From Escherichia coli (lineage in GTDB: Bacteria; Pseudomonadota; Gammaproteobacteria; Enterobacterales; Enterobacteriaceae): 64,000 bases of DNA. Both the position numbers and the translations under genes were made by a program. The notes beneath the pieces are model-generated. The model searched no databases. It was not told where the DNA came from and saw nothing but the letters and a program-made list of their open reading frames with translations. The DNA is taken from NCBI RefSeq assembly GCF_013315695.1, contig NZ_CP054353.1; one strand, written 5' to 3'. Below are positions 24,985 to 37,606 of this stretch, in pieces (the stretch's first letter is position 1; every line of letters begins with the position of its first letter).

Positions 24985-25623
24985 TTAAAAACGATATCCT
25001 GCGGAGAACATAAACACCCACGGATCCAGTCGTACCGAGTCTTTTACGGTAGTAACACCAGATTTGTACTTAGCCGTGGTATCGATATCCATGTACCACA
25101 CTGACATGTTAACCAACCAGTCACGGTTAATCAGATAATCAACCCCCACCTGCCCGGCAGCTCCCCAGGAATCTTTCAGACTGAGATCGGAAAGCCCCGC
25201 CTCTTTGCCATGATCGTTAAATCCATTATCAAAGAAGGTGGTGTAGTTAATACCTGCCCCAACGTAAGGACGGAATTTGCTGCTGGCATCACCAAAATAC
25301 CACTGCGCCATCAGTGTTGGCGGCAGATGATGAACGGTTGCAATATCGCCGGTCGCCCGGGTGCCGATTTTATGGCGGAACGGCGTCGCAGCCAGTAATT
25401 CCACACCAATGTTGTCGGTCGCCATATAAGTAAACGTCAGGCCCAGTTGCGTGTTATTGGTCACGCTGAATCCACCCAGACTTCCTAACGTACCACCAGC
25501 ACCTTCTGTTGGACGTACGGTTGCAGACCCTGCACGCATAAAAAATTCGCCTGCTTCATGCGCATAGGCACTGCCAGAGAGAAGAGTTGTTACTGCCAAA
25601 GCCGCCACTGTTAACTTTTTCAT
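24985..25623 (-). CDS. ompW: outer membrane protein W
   Basis: 212-aa product MKKLTVAALAVTTLLSGSAYA... ending ...FSAGYRF; ORF-track ORF extends upstream to 25701. Confidence 0.95.
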   Translation of the reverse strand: MKKLTVAALAVTTLLSGSAYAHEAGEFFMRAGSATVRPTEGAGGTLGSLGGFSVTNNTQLGLTFTYMATDNIGVELLAATPFRHKIGTRATGDIATVHHLPPTLMAQWYFGDASSKFRPYVGAGINYTTFFDNGFNDHGKEAGLSDLSLKDSWGAAGQVGVDYLINRDWLVNMSVWYMDIDTTAKYKSGVTTVKDSVRLDPWVFMFSAGYRF

Positions 25624-25977
25624 ATCCGCTCCGTCGTTATGGTTATAAAAACGTGACGAATATACCCACATTGGAGTAACAAATGATCCTACACAGATCA
25701 CATTATATATGATAATTCACCCTTTATTGATCTGGATTAATTTAGAAGTTGCACTGTGAATCCTGGTTAATGTGATTTAAATCAATTCCTATATATTTCA
25801 CTACGCAAACATTAACTCGCTCGCCACTTGCTGCGGTTTGCCCATAGCTTAGACCCGCAATTACCTCCGCTTTACAAAGATATGCTTTTCCATACAAGAC
25901 CTGATGCTGCCACCCGAGGCTTAACCAGGGTACAATTGCCCGCTAATTAACACCTGCATAAAACTCAAGGAGAGTGC

Positions 25978-26721
25978 ATGTCTATCACGGCGCAGTCCGT
26001 ATACCGTGACACCGGAAATTTCTTCCGTAATCAATTTATGACCATTCTGTTGGTATCGTTGCTATGTGCGTTTATCACAGTGGTGTTAGGGCATGTTTTC
26101 TCACCCAGTGATGCACAGCTTGCTCAGCTCAATGACGGCGTGCCCGTTAGCGGCAGTAGTGGGTTGTTCGACCTGGTTCAGAATATGTCACCTGAACAGC
26201 AACAAATTTTGCTGCAGGCTTCAGCGGCGTCCACTTTTTCAGGATTAATCGGTAACGCCATTCTCGCCGGAGGCGTAATATTAATTATCCAGCTGGTGTC
26301 TGCGGGTCAGAGAGTCAGTGCGCTTCGAGCTATTGGTGCCAGTGCGCCGATATTGCCAAAGTTATTTATTCTGATTTTTCTGACTACCCTTTTAGTACAG
26401 ATTGGCATCATGCTGGTGGTCGTTCCGGGAATTATCATGGCCATTTTACTGGCTCTGGCACCGGTGATGTTGGTACAGGACAAAATGGGCATTTTTGCCT
26501 CGATGCGTAGCAGTATGCGGCTGACATGGGCGAATATGCGTCTGGTGGCACCCGCAGTACTGAGCTGGTTGCTGGCAAAAACACTGTTGCTGCTTTTTGC
26601 CTCTTCTTTTGCCGCATTAACCCCGGAAATTGGTGCCGTACTGGCGAACACCTTGAGCAACCTGATTTCAGCCGTATTGCTCATCTATCTGTTCCGCCTG
26701 TATATGTTGATTCGCCAATAA
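25978..26721 (+). CDS. yciC: inner membrane protein YciC (UPF0259)
   Basis: 247-aa multi-TM ORF. Confidence 0.9.
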   Translation: MSITAQSVYRDTGNFFRNQFMTILLVSLLCAFITVVLGHVFSPSDAQLAQLNDGVPVSGSSGLFDLVQNMSPEQQQILLQASAASTFSGLIGNAILAGGVILIIQLVSAGQRVSALRAIGASAPILPKLFILIFLTTLLVQIGIMLVVVPGIIMAILLALAPVMLVQDKMGIFASMRSSMRLTWANMRLVAPAVLSWLLAKTLLLLFASSFAALTPEIGAVLANTLSNLISAVLLIYLFRLYMLIRQ

Positions 26722-26750
26722 CCTTAAGCATTTGATTACGGAATCGTAAA

Positions 26751-27290
26751 ATGAAGCAGTTTCTTGATTTTTTACCGCTGGTTGTCTTTTTCGCGTTCTA
26801 CAAGATTTATGACATCTATGCGGCTACTGCGGCGCTCATCGTCGCCACGGCGATTGTGCTTATCTATAGCTGGGTTCGCTTTCGTAAGGTTGAGAAGATG
26901 GCCCTGATCACTTTTGTTCTGGTGGTCGTCTTCGGTGGCTTAACGCTGTTCTTCCACAATGATGAGTTTATTAAATGGAAGGTTACTGTCATTTATGCCC
27001 TGTTTGCGGGTGCCCTGTTAGTCAGTCAATGGGTGATGAAAAAGCCGCTAATTCAGCGGATGCTGGGTAAAGAACTCACCCTGCCGCAATCGGTATGGTC
27101 GAAGCTGAATCTGGCCTGGGCTGTTTTCTTTATCCTTTGCGGCCTGGCAAACATCTACATCGCATTCTGGCTGCCGCAAAATATTTGGGTCAACTTTAAA
27201 GTCTTTGGCCTGACCGCCCTTACCTTAATCTTCACATTGTTAAGCGGTATCTATATCTACCGCCACATGCCGCAGGAAGATAAATCCTAA
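26751..27290 (+). CDS. yciB: inner membrane protein YciB (intracellular septation protein family)
   Basis: 179-aa multi-TM ORF. Confidence 0.9.
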   Translation: MKQFLDFLPLVVFFAFYKIYDIYAATAALIVATAIVLIYSWVRFRKVEKMALITFVLVVVFGGLTLFFHNDEFIKWKVTVIYALFAGALLVSQWVMKKPLIQRMLGKELTLPQSVWSKLNLAWAVFFILCGLANIYIAFWLPQNIWVNFKVFGLTALTLIFTLLSGIYIYRHMPQEDKS

Positions 27291-27394
27291 CCAGACTGCC
27301 AGTCCTTCGGGGCTGGCGCTGTATCTCCTCTGTTCTCCTCAGGAAAATCATAGTAGCATCGCGCCTGTGATTTTCCTTTTAAGTCGGTTTTACC

Positions 27395-27793
27395 ATGTCT
27401 ACAACACATAACGTCCCTCAGGGCGATCTTGTTTTACGTACTTTAGCCATGCCCGCCGATACCAATGCCAATGGTGACATCTTTGGTGGTTGGTTAATGT
27501 CACAAATGGATATTGGCGGCGCTATTCTGGCGAAAGAAATTGCCCACGGTCGTGTAGTGACCGTGCGGGTTGAAGGAATGACTTTCTTACGACCGGTTGC
27601 GGTCGGCGATGTGGTGTGCTGCTATGCACGCTGTGTCCAGAAAGGGACGACATCGGTCAGCATTAATATTGAAGTGTGGGTGAAAAAAGTCGCGTCTGAA
27701 CCCATCGGGCAACGCTATAAAGCGACAGAAGCATTATTTAAGTATGTCGCGGTTGATCCTGAAGGAAAACCTCGCGCCTTACCTGTTGAGTAA
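27395..27793 (+). CDS. yciA: acyl-CoA thioesterase YciA
   Basis: 132-aa hotdog-fold-like ORF. Confidence 0.9.
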   Translation: MSTTHNVPQGDLVLRTLAMPADTNANGDIFGGWLMSQMDIGGAILAKEIAHGRVVTVRVEGMTFLRPVAVGDVVCCYARCVQKGTTSVSINIEVWVKKVASEPIGQRYKATEALFKYVAVDPEGKPRALPVE

Positions 27794-27796
27794 TAG

Positions 27797-27824
27797 TCAA
27801 AAGCCTCCGGTCGGAGGCTTTTGA
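27797..27824. terminator. bidirectional terminator between yciA and tonB
   Basis: Perfect 14-bp palindrome GTCAAAAGCCTCCG/CGGAGGCTTTTGAC between convergent genes. Confidence 0.8.
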
Positions 27825-27832
27825 CTTTATGC

Positions 27833-28549
27833 TTACTGAATTTCGGTAGTGCCGTTAATTTTAAACAGGATATTCACCACAATCCCACTGCCTGGCTTAC
27901 CCGGCTCATAACGCCATCTGCGCATCGCATTTTTCACTTCACGCTCAAACATGTTCGCAGGCTTGGCTGAGAGGATTTGTACGTTATCCACGCGACCATC
28001 TGGCGTGACATCAAATTTAACTTTAACCTGCCCTTCAATGCGCAATGCCTGTGCTCGTGCCGGATACTGCGGCTGATTACGGCTTAATGCGCGTGGTCCT
28101 GAAGCCACACTGGTAACCGGCTTGCTGGTTGCAGCCGTTGCCGTACTTGATGTCGGGCGCGCGGGTGCCGTATTTTCAAACGGTGATGCCGGACGCGACT
28201 CTACGGGTTTGACATCGCGTTTTGGCTGCTCCACCTTTTTCACCGGCTTCGGTTTTGGCTTAGGTTTCGGCTTCGGCTTTTCAATGACCACCGGAGCTTC
28301 TTTTGGCGGTTCAGGGATCGGCTCAGGTTCCGGTTCTGGCTCTACCACCGGCTCCGGTGGTGGTTGAACGGCTTGTGGCGGTTCGAGATCCGCTGGCGCA
28401 ACCATCGTGACAGAAATCGGCTGCGCGGGCGCAGGTAGTTCAATAACCTGATGTACCGAGGTATAGAGCAAACCCGCCACAACAGCACCATGAATGCAGA
28501 CCGAAAGTAACGTCGGCCAGGGGAAGCGGCGAGGTAAATCAAGGGTCAT
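27833..28549 (-). CDS. tonB: TonB energy transducer
   Basis: Product [28 protein letters not shown]... with (EP)n and (KP)n repeat tract; ORF-track ORF extends to 28600. Confidence 0.95.
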   Translation of the reverse strand: MTLDLPRRFPWPTLLSVCIHGAVVAGLLYTSVHQVIELPAPAQPISVTMVAPADLEPPQAVQPPPEPVVEPEPEPEPIPEPPKEAPVVIEKPKPKPKPKPKPVKKVEQPKRDVKPVESRPASPFENTAPARPTSSTATAATSKPVTSVASGPRALSRNQPQYPARAQALRIEGQVKVKFDVTPDGRVDNVQILSAKPANMFEREVKNAMRRWRYEPGKPGSGIVVNILFKINGTTEIQ

Positions 28550-28772
28550 TGAAGTCATAATCATTTCAGTAGAAAAACCAGGCCCCGATTTTAAATGCAA
28601 ATAGCAATCATATTCAATAAGGCAAGACGATCAGGATCAGTGAAAATGTCATTTTTGGCGTAATTGACCTTACTTTATGCATGGTCTTAACAAAGACATC
28701 ATCTTTCCGTTGCAGATCTTCGCCCTTTCAAATAACGTACTTTACAACTTTCCCGAACAAGGAGTTGTGCCT

Positions 28773-29069
28773 GTGTTGTATGTTATTTACGCTCAAGACA
28801 AAGCTGATAGCCTCGAAAAACGCCTTTCCGTTCGTCCGGCACATTTAGCACGTTTACAGTTACTGCATGATGAAGGTCGTTTGTTGACCGCCGGTCCAAT
28901 GCCAGCAGTAGACAGTAACGATCCAGGGGCTGCGGGATTTACTGGCTCAACCGTTATTGCTGAATTTGAGTCGCTGGAAGCAGCTCAGGCCTGGGCCGAT
29001 GCTGACCCGTACGTAGCGGCAGGAGTCTATGAACACGTTTCAGTGAAACCATTTAAGAAAGTGTTTTGA
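28773..29069 (+). CDS. yciI: YciI-like protein
   Basis: GTG start 5 nt after AAGGAG; product [38 protein letters not shown]... Confidence 0.85.
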
Positions 29070-29221
29070 ATAAATTAAATATTATTTAAATTCAAAGCAA
29101 TAACGAAAGACAGTCAACATAATCAATAATAAAGGGCGCATTTAAGTACACATTAATCTAAGCGCCCCTTTTTTTTCGCTACGACTTATACTTTCAGTCT
29201 GACATCTGGCTGGAGGTTTCT

Positions 29222-29479
29222 ATGTGCGGACGCTTTTCACAGTCAATGACGCGTGAAGACTATCTCGCCCTTCTCGCAGATGAAGTCGAGCAAGACATTC
29301 CATATGACCCTGAACCGATCGGACGTTTCAACGTTGCGCCAGGCACCAAAGTTCTGCTTCTGAGCGAACGTGACGAGAAACTCCATCTTGATCCAGTTTT
29401 CTGGGGATACGCCCCGGATGGTGGGATAAACCTGGATTTTTACACATACCAAAGACAGATTAGATACTCTACTAATTAG
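29222..29479 (+). pseudogene. 5' fragment of an SRAP/YedK-family gene (about 70 codons), truncated
   Basis: MCGRFSQSMTREDYLALLADEVEQDIPYDPEPIGRFNVAPGTKVLLLSERDEKLHLDPVFWGYAP then unrelated AT-rich sequence and a stop; full-length family members are about 220 aa. Confidence 0.6.
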
Positions 29480-29587
29480 ATTTTAAACTCATGATTAGTA
29501 AGAGAGACTACCATGATTTATTTAACCAAAATGTCATTTTGTGATATTCTGCATAAAAGTTCATTATTCTAGAGATAGAGCATTAAT

Positions 29588-31381
29588 ATGAGTATCGGTT
29601 TGAGCAAAGTCGTTACAAGATATAAAAACTTAAAGTTGAAATCATATGTTTTCGACATTGTCAACGTTATGTTTTTATTGTACTTATTTTGTTTTCTAAA
29701 TCAGTCAATAGTTATCATAGGAAATATTGAACCGCCTAAAGAGTTAATTGGTGCAATATTGAATTTCATCTGGCGTTCATCCCCCATTTTGTTTATTTAT
29801 TTGTTATTTAGAATAATAAACATTCCAATTTTTCTATGTTCTTATTTATCAGGCATCGCAATTATAACATTGATGTTTGTGAACAGTACTAAAATGGCGT
29901 TAACCGGTGAGCCTTTATCATTTAATGACATTGTTTCTGGATTCAATTTGAGTGTCGCAGGAAAATACCTCAACTTATCATCCATTACTTACTCTGTCGC
30001 TATTCTAATTGGCGCAATAATCTCAATCCTACTTAGCAAAAAAACGGTCACAACAAGAAAAAATTATATATCGTTATTTCTTTTAATTATCATTACGATC
30101 CCCTTTTCATTCTACCCCTATATTGGAACCATTTTTAGCCCTAACAATAGGATTTCTGAAATCATAAACTCCAGCGCGAACAACTTAAATATAAAATATA
30201 TTTACTGGAATTGGTCTCAAAATATTGGCGTTAATGGCTTGCCAATGCATATAATACAAACAAGTGTCAGAAAATCTGTACCACATGCAACTGATGCAGA
30301 ACAATTAAGATATTTAGATGAAAAAAGATCTTTAGTATCCACTCATATAAAAAATAAAACCATTATTTATGTTTTATGTGAATCATGTTGGTATGATAAA
30401 AAAAACTTCCGAGAAAATTTCAAACCTGTTATTGATGAAGGTTACAGTGAATTACGGGCCATCTCACCAGTTTACGGTGGAGGTACCGCAAATGCCGAAT
30501 TTGAAATGCTGACAGGACTACCAAGTAATTCAGATAAAATATCAGGAATCATCTATCAAGAATATTCAGATGCATTCAAACCAAAAGTTGACGCATTACC
30601 TAATGCCCTGAAAAACAAAGGCTATATTACTTTCGCAGCACATAATTACCAAGCAGACTTTTGGTATAGGAATAAAATTTACCCTAAATTTGGATTTGAT
30701 AGATTTGATAGCATTATTAATATGGGAGATTTACCACCAGAGTATAGCAGTATTAAAAAACCATGGCAGTGGCAACCTGATGACTACCTGCTTTACAATG
30801 CAGCATTAAAAGCCATCCAAAATGCAGGAAACAAAGATATTTTTGTACATTTGATCACTATGTCAACTCATGGTCCTTATCAACACATTAATGATTATGG
30901 TGAAGGTGTTTATACCTATGAGATTAATGAGGCAGTCAAAAGATTCGTTCAATTTTCACAGCAAGTAGAAAAAATAGATCCAAATGCTGTAATCGTCTTT
31001 TACGGTGACCATAAACCACCACTAAATAAATATTTCGTCGAAAATGGGGTGCTACCAAGTAATATTTTCAACAAAATCGGAGAAGAAAAAGATGAAGATT
31101 TCGTCTTTAAAATGAGCACAACCCCACTCGATTTTGGTGATGTTCCTGTGCTTATTAAATCAAATGATAAAGACGCCATTAAAAAATTCATAACCGACGC
31201 CAATGGAAAACCTTTTTTCTGTGTATCTTCATTAGTTGATAAACATTTCATTCAATCTGGATTGGTATCATTTAATCACAACGCAAAGCATGTCTGTGAA
31301 AACAGTGATAACTTTAATTATGATAAGTTAATTAACATGACCCCGTCGTGGATTTATTCAATGTCATTATTTCACGATTAG
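29588..31381 (+). CDS. sulfatase-superfamily membrane protein (LTA-synthase / phosphoethanolamine-transferase-like), AT-rich
   Basis: 597-aa product; N-terminal multi-TM region, C-terminal domain with YVLCESCW and STHGPYQH motifs; codon usage strongly AT-biased. Confidence 0.6.
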   Translation: MSIGLSKVVTRYKNLKLKSYVFDIVNVMFLLYLFCFLNQSIVIIGNIEPPKELIGAILNFIWRSSPILFIYLLFRIINIPIFLCSYLSGIAIITLMFVNSTKMALTGEPLSFNDIVSGFNLSVAGKYLNLSSITYSVAILIGAIISILLSKKTVTTRKNYISLFLLIIITIPFSFYPYIGTIFSPNNRISEIINSSANNLNIKYIYWNWSQNIGVNGLPMHIIQTSVRKSVPHATDAEQLRYLDEKRSLVSTHIKNKTIIYVLCESCWYDKKNFRENFKPVIDEGYSELRAISPVYGGGTANAEFEMLTGLPSNSDKISGIIYQEYSDAFKPKVDALPNALKNKGYITFAAHNYQADFWYRNKIYPKFGFDRFDSIINMGDLPPEYSSIKKPWQWQPDDYLLYNAALKAIQNAGNKDIFVHLITMSTHGPYQHINDYGEGVYTYEINEAVKRFVQFSQQVEKIDPNAVIVFYGDHKPPLNKYFVENGVLPSNIFNKIGEEKDEDFVFKMSTTPLDFGDVPVLIKSNDKDAIKKFITDANGKPFFCVSSLVDKHFIQSGLVSFNHNAKHVCENSDNFNYDKLINMTPSWIYSMSLFHD

Positions 31382-31731
31382 TATCTAGAAAATAATTGTA
31401 ATAAATCATCATTAATTATGTAGACGCCTAAAATTAGGCATCTACATTTTATTAGAAAAGAGGTTGTCCTGACTAGGTTGTGGAAATGTGCATCGCATAA
31501 ATCAAGGCTATAGAGCATGAAAGTGCGTTCTTCCCCCTCTACCATTGATAAATATTTAAAAGTGCTCACGCTGGATTCGATCCAGGCATTAGCATCTTTG
31601 AGTGAGAATTCCCAGTTAACTTTGCTCAACCCCTGAACAAATCGCTGTGTAGTGACGGTCTTCCGGCCATTCGGCTCTTGCTGTATCGAAGAATACCAGG
31701 CTATTTCAATATCGCTGCGTCGTGGCATCAT
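31378..31731 (-). CDS. hypothetical protein (117 aa), possibly a gene fragment
   Basis: ATG pair with GAGGG upstream; divergent from the dinI-like gene; ORF-track ORF extends to 31977. Confidence 0.35.
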   Translation of the reverse strand: MMPRRSDIEIAWYSSIQQEPNGRKTVTTQRFVQGLSKVNWEFSLKDANAWIESSVSTFKYLSMVEGEERTFMLYSLDLCDAHFHNLVRTTSFLIKCRCLILGVYIINDDLLQLFSRY

Positions 31732-31771
31732 TACGCCCTCTCTTGAATACCGGATAAAAACACAGTATAAA

Positions 31772-31791
31772 TACTGTATATACACCCAGTA
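31772..31791. promoter_or_regulatory. LexA (SOS) box upstream of the dinI-like gene
   Basis: TACTGTATATACACCCAGTA: CTGT-N8-CCAG, one mismatch from the CTGT-N8-ACAG core; overlapping palindrome ACAGTATAAATACTGT just upstream. Confidence 0.6.
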
Positions 31792-31806
31792 AAGAGGCAA
31801 TGAGCA

Positions 31807-32034
31807 ATGTTCGTGGAACTCGTTTATGGCAAAAGGAATTTTGATGGACTGCCCGGTGCAAAAGATATCATTCTGGGCGAGTTGACCAAGAGGGTTCACC
31901 GGATTTTCCCCGGCGCTGATGTCCGGGTTAAACCGATGATGACATTGCCGGCGATCAACACTGACGCCAACAAGCATGAGAATGAACAGATAAGCCGTAC
32001 TGTTCAGGAAATGTTTGAAGAGACTGATATGTAG
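31807..32034 (+). CDS. DinI-like protein
   Basis: 75-aa product MFVELVYGKRNFDGLPGAKDIILGELTKRVHRIFPGADVRVKPMMTLPAINTDANKHENEQISRTVQEMFEETDM; AGAGG RBS; LexA box upstream. Confidence 0.7.
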   Translation: MFVELVYGKRNFDGLPGAKDIILGELTKRVHRIFPGADVRVKPMMTLPAINTDANKHENEQISRTVQEMFEETDM

Positions 32035-32122
32035 CTGTTTTCAGATTAAACGCCTTGAACCGTCACACTGATTAAGTACAATCCGGCGTGGTTGCGGCTT
32101 CCAGATTATAAGAATGATTCCC

Positions 32123-32550
32123 TTACTCACTTTTCAGCGCATTCACTTCTTCTCGTAATTCACTGAGTTCGTTCATTAGTACCAGAATCGCTTCATGATG
32201 CAACGCTGCCGCAACGCCGTAAGTATCTGGAGAGAGTACTCCTTCCACCATAGTTCCATCAGGAAGTTGACGATCACCTCCCTCAGTTACTGCCTGGGGG
32301 AAGATTTTCTTAACATCCTGCGCGATAAACCCAATCCCCCATTGTCCGGTATCTTTTCGCGTCCAGGAACAACCTTTTAGCATTTCCATCTTACTGAGCG
32401 GGTCTCCAATTCTGGACACTCCATCTTTCAGGCGGCCATCTGAATTCGGAACCCATGCTCCAGGCGCTACAGCGTTACCAGTTGATTTCATAAAGCTCCA
32501 TGTGGTTCCTGAGCTTGCGTTTGCTACCTGAATATTCCCTGATAAAGAAC
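32123..32550 (-). pseudogene. C-terminal fragment of a phage tail-fibre protein (intramolecular chaperone-type domain), 5' end removed by IS insertion
   Basis: ...GQWGIGFIAQDVKKIFPQAVTEGGDRQLPDGTMVEGVLSPDTYGVAAALHHEAILVLMNELSELREEVNALKSE; the frame runs upstream into the IS inverted repeat. Confidence 0.6.
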
Positions 32551-33473
<923 letters not shown>

Positions 33474-33602
33474 GTATCGGTAGAAAAAAGAAACTTTACC
33501 AGCCTGACTGATCCTTGCGTTCAGCCCATGAGAATCTGAAATGGTTTCGATATCATCTCGTTTCTTGCCCAGGGACTTCCTGAGCTTTGTGTCGGTAATC
33601 AT
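33474..33602 (-). pseudogene. N-terminal fragment (43 codons) of a P4-type integrase, cut by the IS element
   Basis: [43 protein letters not shown] resembles the DUF4102-type N-terminus of P4-family integrases; frame runs into the IS right end. Confidence 0.5.
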
Positions 33603-34105
33603 TGAATGTGTACACATCTGGCTTGCGAGTACGCAAAAGTGTACACAAAACTCGTTGCTCAAAGATACCCGCAATGTAACACTTGTACTCGAAGTGTGAT
33701 GGCTTAGGGGCTGAAAGGCAGATGGCGTAAGGGTTCAACGTAACAGAACGTTTTTATGCGAAATTCTTCGAAATGGTCTGAATGACATTTTAAGAAAGTG
33801 TTCTGAATAGAAATTCAATATTTAAGGGCACGGTTTTTGCAACCGTGTTCTTGTTTGGCCTTTCCTTATAGGTCGGTCAGTGCATTCACCACCACAAGCA
33901 GATAATAACTTTATCTGTATTTCTTTATATGATGTGAACATATTCAGGAAAATGCCCTTTCCTGACGCAGAGTTGCTCACTCAAAACCTTTGATTACTGC
34001 GGATAAAGTCATCTACTATTGTTTAACACATTCACGCGCTGCATGTATGTTCAGAAAATGTGCACGTTGAGATAATTAAACAAAATTGTGGTTACAGAGG
34101 TATCA

Positions 34106-35359
34106 GTGAGTCACTGGACTACATTCAAACAAACAGCAACAAAGTTATGGGTGACCCTACGGCACGACATTCTCGCGCTGGCCGTCTTTTTAAATGGATT
34201 GCTTATTTTTAAAACAATCTATGGTATGTCGGTCAATTTGCTTGATATTTTCCATATCAAAGCATTTTCAGAGCTGGATCTCTCCTTGCTGGCAAACGCC
34301 CCACTATTTATGCTCGGCGTATTTCTTGTCCTGAACTCCATTGGCTTACTGTTCCGGGCAAAGCTCGCATGGGCAATCAGTATCATTTTGTTGTTGATAG
34401 CGCTAATTTACACTCTGCATTTTTATCCCTGGCTGAAATTTAGTATTGGATTTTGCATTTTTACGCTGGTGTTTTTGCTGATACTGCGCAAAGACTTCTC
34501 CCACAGTAGCGCAGCAGCCGGGACAATTTTCGCATTTATTAGTTTCACGACGTTACTGTTTTACTCCACTTACGGTGCGCTTTATTTAAGCGAAGGTTTT
34601 AATCCGCGAATAGAAAGTTTGATGACCGCGTTCTATTTTTCGATAGAAACCATGTCAACCGTCGGCTATGGCGATATTGTCCCTGTTTCTGAATCAGCAC
34701 GATTGTTCACTATTTCGGTCATTATTTCCGGCATTACCGTTTTTGCCACCTCTATGACCTCAATTTTTGGTCCGCTTATCCGCGGGGGATTCAACAAACT
34801 TGTAAAAGGAAACAATCATACAATGCATCGTAAAGATCATTTTATTGTTTGCGGACATTCGACTCTCGCCATCAATACGATCCTGCAACTGAATCAACGC
34901 GGACAAAACGTTACGGTTATCAGCAACTTGCCTGAAGATGATATCAAGCAACTTGAGCAACGCTTAGGCGATAACGCCGATGTTATCCCCGGTGACAGTA
35001 ATGACAGTTCAGTGTTAAAGAAAGCGGGAATCGATCGTTGCCGGGCCATTCTGGCGCTGAGTGATAACGATGCAGATAACGCGTTTGTTGTACTCTCGGC
35101 AAAAGATATGAGCAGTGATGTCAAAACAGTTCTCGCCGTCAGTGATAGCAAAAACCTGAATAAGATTAAGATGGTACATCCGGATATCATTCTCTCACCA
35201 CAACTGTTTGGCAGCGAAATTCTGGCGCGAGTTTTAAATGGTGAAGAGATTAATAATGATATGCTCGTTTCAATGTTGTTGAACTCCGGTCATGGCATTT
35301 TCAGCGATAACGATGAACAAGAAACGAAAGCTGAAAGTAAAGAATCGGCGCAAAAATAG
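34106..35359 (+). CDS. kch: voltage-gated potassium channel Kch
   Basis: GTG start; product VSHWTTFKQTATKLWV... with selectivity filter TVGYGD and C-terminal RCK-like domain. Confidence 0.9.
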   Translation: MSHWTTFKQTATKLWVTLRHDILALAVFLNGLLIFKTIYGMSVNLLDIFHIKAFSELDLSLLANAPLFMLGVFLVLNSIGLLFRAKLAWAISIILLLIALIYTLHFYPWLKFSIGFCIFTLVFLLILRKDFSHSSAAAGTIFAFISFTTLLFYSTYGALYLSEGFNPRIESLMTAFYFSIETMSTVGYGDIVPVSESARLFTISVIISGITVFATSMTSIFGPLIRGGFNKLVKGNNHTMHRKDHFIVCGHSTLAINTILQLNQRGQNVTVISNLPEDDIKQLEQRLGDNADVIPGDSNDSSVLKKAGIDRCRAILALSDNDADNAFVVLSAKDMSSDVKTVLAVSDSKNLNKIKMVHPDIILSPQLFGSEILARVLNGEEINNDMLVSMLLNSGHGIFSDNDEQETKAESKESAQK

Positions 35360-35413
35360 AGTTTAAAGACGGAAAAGTAAACTTATTGGGCACCGAAATG
35401 GTGCCCAGAACAT

Positions 35414-35587
35414 TTAGATATTGTAGATCGCAAACAATAACGAGTTACGCTGTTTGTTTAGAATGCACTTCCTGATGCTGTGGATACGCATATTTCGGCG
35501 CGACTGCCCCTCAAGCCAACGCGATTTACGTCGGCTAGCCTGACGCTGCATGCGCCAGCGCCCCACTTCCGTTCTACTCCGCTTCAT
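35414..35587 (-). CDS. yciY: small protein YciY (57 aa)
   Basis: MKRSRTEVGRWRMQRQASRRKSRWLEGQSRRNMRIHSIRKCILNKQRNSLLFAIYNI; ORF-track ORF extends to 35698. Confidence 0.6.
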   Translation of the reverse strand: MKRSRTEVGRWRMQRQASRRKSRWLEGQSRRNMRIHSIRKCILNKQRNSLLFAIYNI

Positions 35588-35729
35588 GTTAACTACTCTA
35601 TGCAATAACAGAATGGTCATTATACCCCCGCCCCCGACGCTGACCAGTGCTTTTCCCGCGTTTTTATTTGCCAGATGAATCCATATGCGTAAACTCATAA
35701 CAATGCGCTTTCAAAAGGATTTCTAATCT

Positions 35730-37554
<1,825 letters not shown>

Positions 37555-37576
37555 ATAATCGCTTTTGGAGTGAAAA

Positions 37577-37598
37577 AGGGCTGACAACTGTCAGCCCT
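37577..37598. terminator. bidirectional terminator between yciU and oppF
   Basis: Palindrome AGGGCTGACA-AC-TGTCAGCCCT between convergent genes. Confidence 0.7.
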
Positions 37599-37606
37599 TA
37601 TTGTGT

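Noticed and set aside
28677-29069. Longer yciI start at 28677
   Set aside because: The upstream part has no start codon or RBS, whereas a GTG 5 nt after AAGGAG at 28773 gives the expected MLYVIYAQ N-terminus.
35414-35698. Full 94-aa ORF-track ORF between kch and clsA
   Set aside because: Only the distal 57 codons (from MKRSRTEV...) correspond to the small protein yciY; the upstream extension has no start-site support.
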